From contig JBKJJJ010000105.1 in assembly GCA_046598045.1 (NCBI GenBank), positions 1 through 18,288 of the forward strand: a DNA stretch of 18,288 nucleotides. Direction: 5' to 3'. How positions within the stretch are numbered: position 1 is the first letter of the stretch; every line of letters starts with the position of its first letter. The notes under the pieces were generated by a model, which was given only the letters and a program-made list of their open reading frames with translations, made no database searches and was not told where the DNA came from. Shown here piece by piece: positions 16,885 through 18,288 of this stretch. Both the position numbers and the translations under genes were made by a program. Source of the DNA: Candidatus Eiseniibacteriota bacterium (GTDB lineage Bacteria; Eisenbacteria; RBG-16-71-46; DASYSL01).

Positions 16885-17000
16885 CGCATTTCACCGTCCA
16901 CGCCGAATTAAATTCCCGTGCCACGCACGCACGCGCCCACGGCCGGGAGCGAAGCGACGATGTGGAAGCCGGATAGCGCGCACCGGAGCGTGCGCGCGCG

Positions 17001-18287
17001 TCACCGCCGGTGGATCACAATCCGCGCGATGCGATCGCCACGACGCGTGCGCTCGACCACGTCCTGGCCCTTGACGACGTGACCGAAGATCGTGTAGCGC
17101 CCGTCCAGGTGCGGCTGCGGCGAGAGCGTGATGAAGTACTGCGAGCCACCGGTGTCCTTGCCCGAGAGCGCCATGCCGACCGCTCCCGTGTCGTAGCGCA
17201 ACTCGTTGTACTCGCAGCGGAACGTGTAGCCCGGCCCGCCCGAGCCCGTGCCCGTCGGGTCGCCGTCCTGGATCACGAAGTAGGGCACGACGCGGTGCCA
17301 GTGCACGTCGTCGTAGTAATGCTTCTCGGCGAGCGTGATGAAGTTCCGCACGGTGAGCGGCGCCTCGCGCGGATCGAGCGCGAGCTCGATCGGGCCGCGC
17401 GCGGTCTCGATCGTGGCACCGGTGACCCGGCCGATCGCCCCCGCCGAGTCCTCGTCCGCCAGCAGCGCGCGATAGGGCGCGAGCGCGGCCTCGCGCCACG
17501 CGGGCGCGGGGTGGAACGCGCGCGCGCGCGGCAGGGAATCCGCGCCGAACACCGCGCTCCAGGCCTTGCCCGCCGCTTCCCTCTGGCGCGGGTCGGCCGC
17601 GGACAGCCCGGTCGCGAGCACGGCCTGGACACTGTCCTTTGCGCCGGCGCCCGCACCGGCGGAGACGGCGCCCGGGCCGAGCGCCTCGAGCGCACCGTAG
17701 ACCGAGAGCAGCACGTCGCCTTCGCGCGGATCGGGGTTGTGGCGGGCCATCCACGCGAGGTCGGGCACGAGCGTCGAGTCGCCGCTCGCGCCGGCGGCGT
17801 CGGTCGCCGACGCGGCGACCAGCCAGTTCGCGTCGCGCATCCCGGCATGAATCTCGCCGCGCGCGGTCTTCGCCTTGGCCGCGGCGAGCGCCGAGAACGC
17901 CGACGCGCGCTCCTCGTACGACGCCGAGCCGCCGATCGCGCGAATGCCCGCCGCGACCTTCAGCAGCATGCGCCGCGGCTCCTCGCTGTGCATGCCCGAG
18001 AGCGCGTCGAGCACGCCCGCGCGCACCCAGCGCTCGGGGTCGGCGAGCAGCGGCCTCAGGTCGGACCACGCGTCGTCCCCGAGCAGGCCCCCGAGCCCTC
18101 GCGCCGCGGCCAGGCGCACCGCGGGGTCCTGGTCGGCGAGCGCCTGCTCGAGCGCCACCCGGGCATCGCGCGAATGCAGCGCCAGCGCAGCCGCGGCAGC
18201 CGTCTCGCGCACGGCGGGATCGGCATCGCCCAGCCCCGCGAGGACCTGCGGCAGCGCGCTCGAGTCGGCGCGCGTCCCGAGCGCGCG
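17001..18287 (-). CDS. HEAT-repeat protein with C-terminal cyclophilin-type peptidyl-prolyl isomerase; 5'-truncated by the window
   Basis: The frame is open to the window edge, with HEAT units LGDADPAVRETAA, LADQDPAVRLAAA and LADPERWVRAGV. Cyclophilin motifs APLTVRNF, HRVVPYFVIQDGDPTGTGSGGPGY, GSQYFIT and HLDGRYTIFGHV. Confidence 0.93.
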   Translation of the reverse strand, partial: RALGTRADSSALPQVLAGLGDADPAVRETAAAAALALHSRDARVALEQALADQDPAVRLAAARGLGGLLGDDAWSDLRPLLADPERWVRAGVLDALSGMHSEEPRRMLLKVAAGIRAIGGSASYEERASAFSALAAAKAKTARGEIHAGMRDANWLVAASATDAAGASGDSTLVPDLAWMARHNPDPREGDVLLSVYGALEALGPGAVSAGAGAGAKDSVQAVLATGLSAADPRQREAAGKAWSAVFGADSLPRARAFHPAPAWREAALAPYRALLADEDSAGAIGRVTGATIETARGPIELALDPREAPLTVRNFITLAEKHYYDDVHWHRVVPYFVIQDGDPTGTGSGGPGYTFRCEYNELRYDTGAVGMALSGKDTGGSQYFITLSPQPHLDGRYTIFGHVVKGQDVVERTRRGDRIARIVIHRR

Positions 18288-18288
18288 C

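Noticed and set aside
16407..17000. Cobalamin riboswitch, tRNA, tmRNA, RNase P or SRP RNA upstream of nrdJ
   Set aside because: Only fragments are present (GGGAAAG; a GTTCG loop at 16834-16838). The conserved cores such as the B12 box, cloverleaf or GAGGAAAGTCC were not found by eye. A covariance search is still needed.
16378..17074. Several 78-173 aa ORFs in the nrdJ-PPIase gap
   Set aside because: They overlap one another, have atypical composition, and show no motifs or convincing SD.

Overview
GC-rich bacterial DNA. Protein signatures (a C-terminal TWGxxKxxYR tail and an Ig/dockerin-like secreted protein) resemble Candidatus Eisenbacteria/Krumholzibacteria-type lineages; this assignment is inference. 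The + strand carries a nucleoside-salvage cluster: the 3' end of a solute-binding protein gene, udk, three small inserted genes, tdk, a BMP-family nucleoside ABC transporter (lipoprotein, ATPase, two permeases) and a purine nucleoside phosphorylase, then two secreted proteins. Converging on these from the - strand are a class II (B12-dependent) ribonucleotide reductase nrdJ, with a 290-aa intein at its catalytic cysteine, and a truncated HEAT-repeat/cyclophilin PPIase. The most interesting observations are: (1) a three-way RNA fold in the BMP-ATPase spacer that hides the SD and AUG of a 23-codon uORF whose stop overlaps the ATPase start; (2) identical near-leaderless promoter geometry at udk and tdk; (3) a 130-bp TG...CA element with 17-bp perfect inverted ends; (4) a candidate lineage-specific C-terminal sorting motif; (5) a decayed intein endonuclease; (6) a long structured region upstream of nrdJ.
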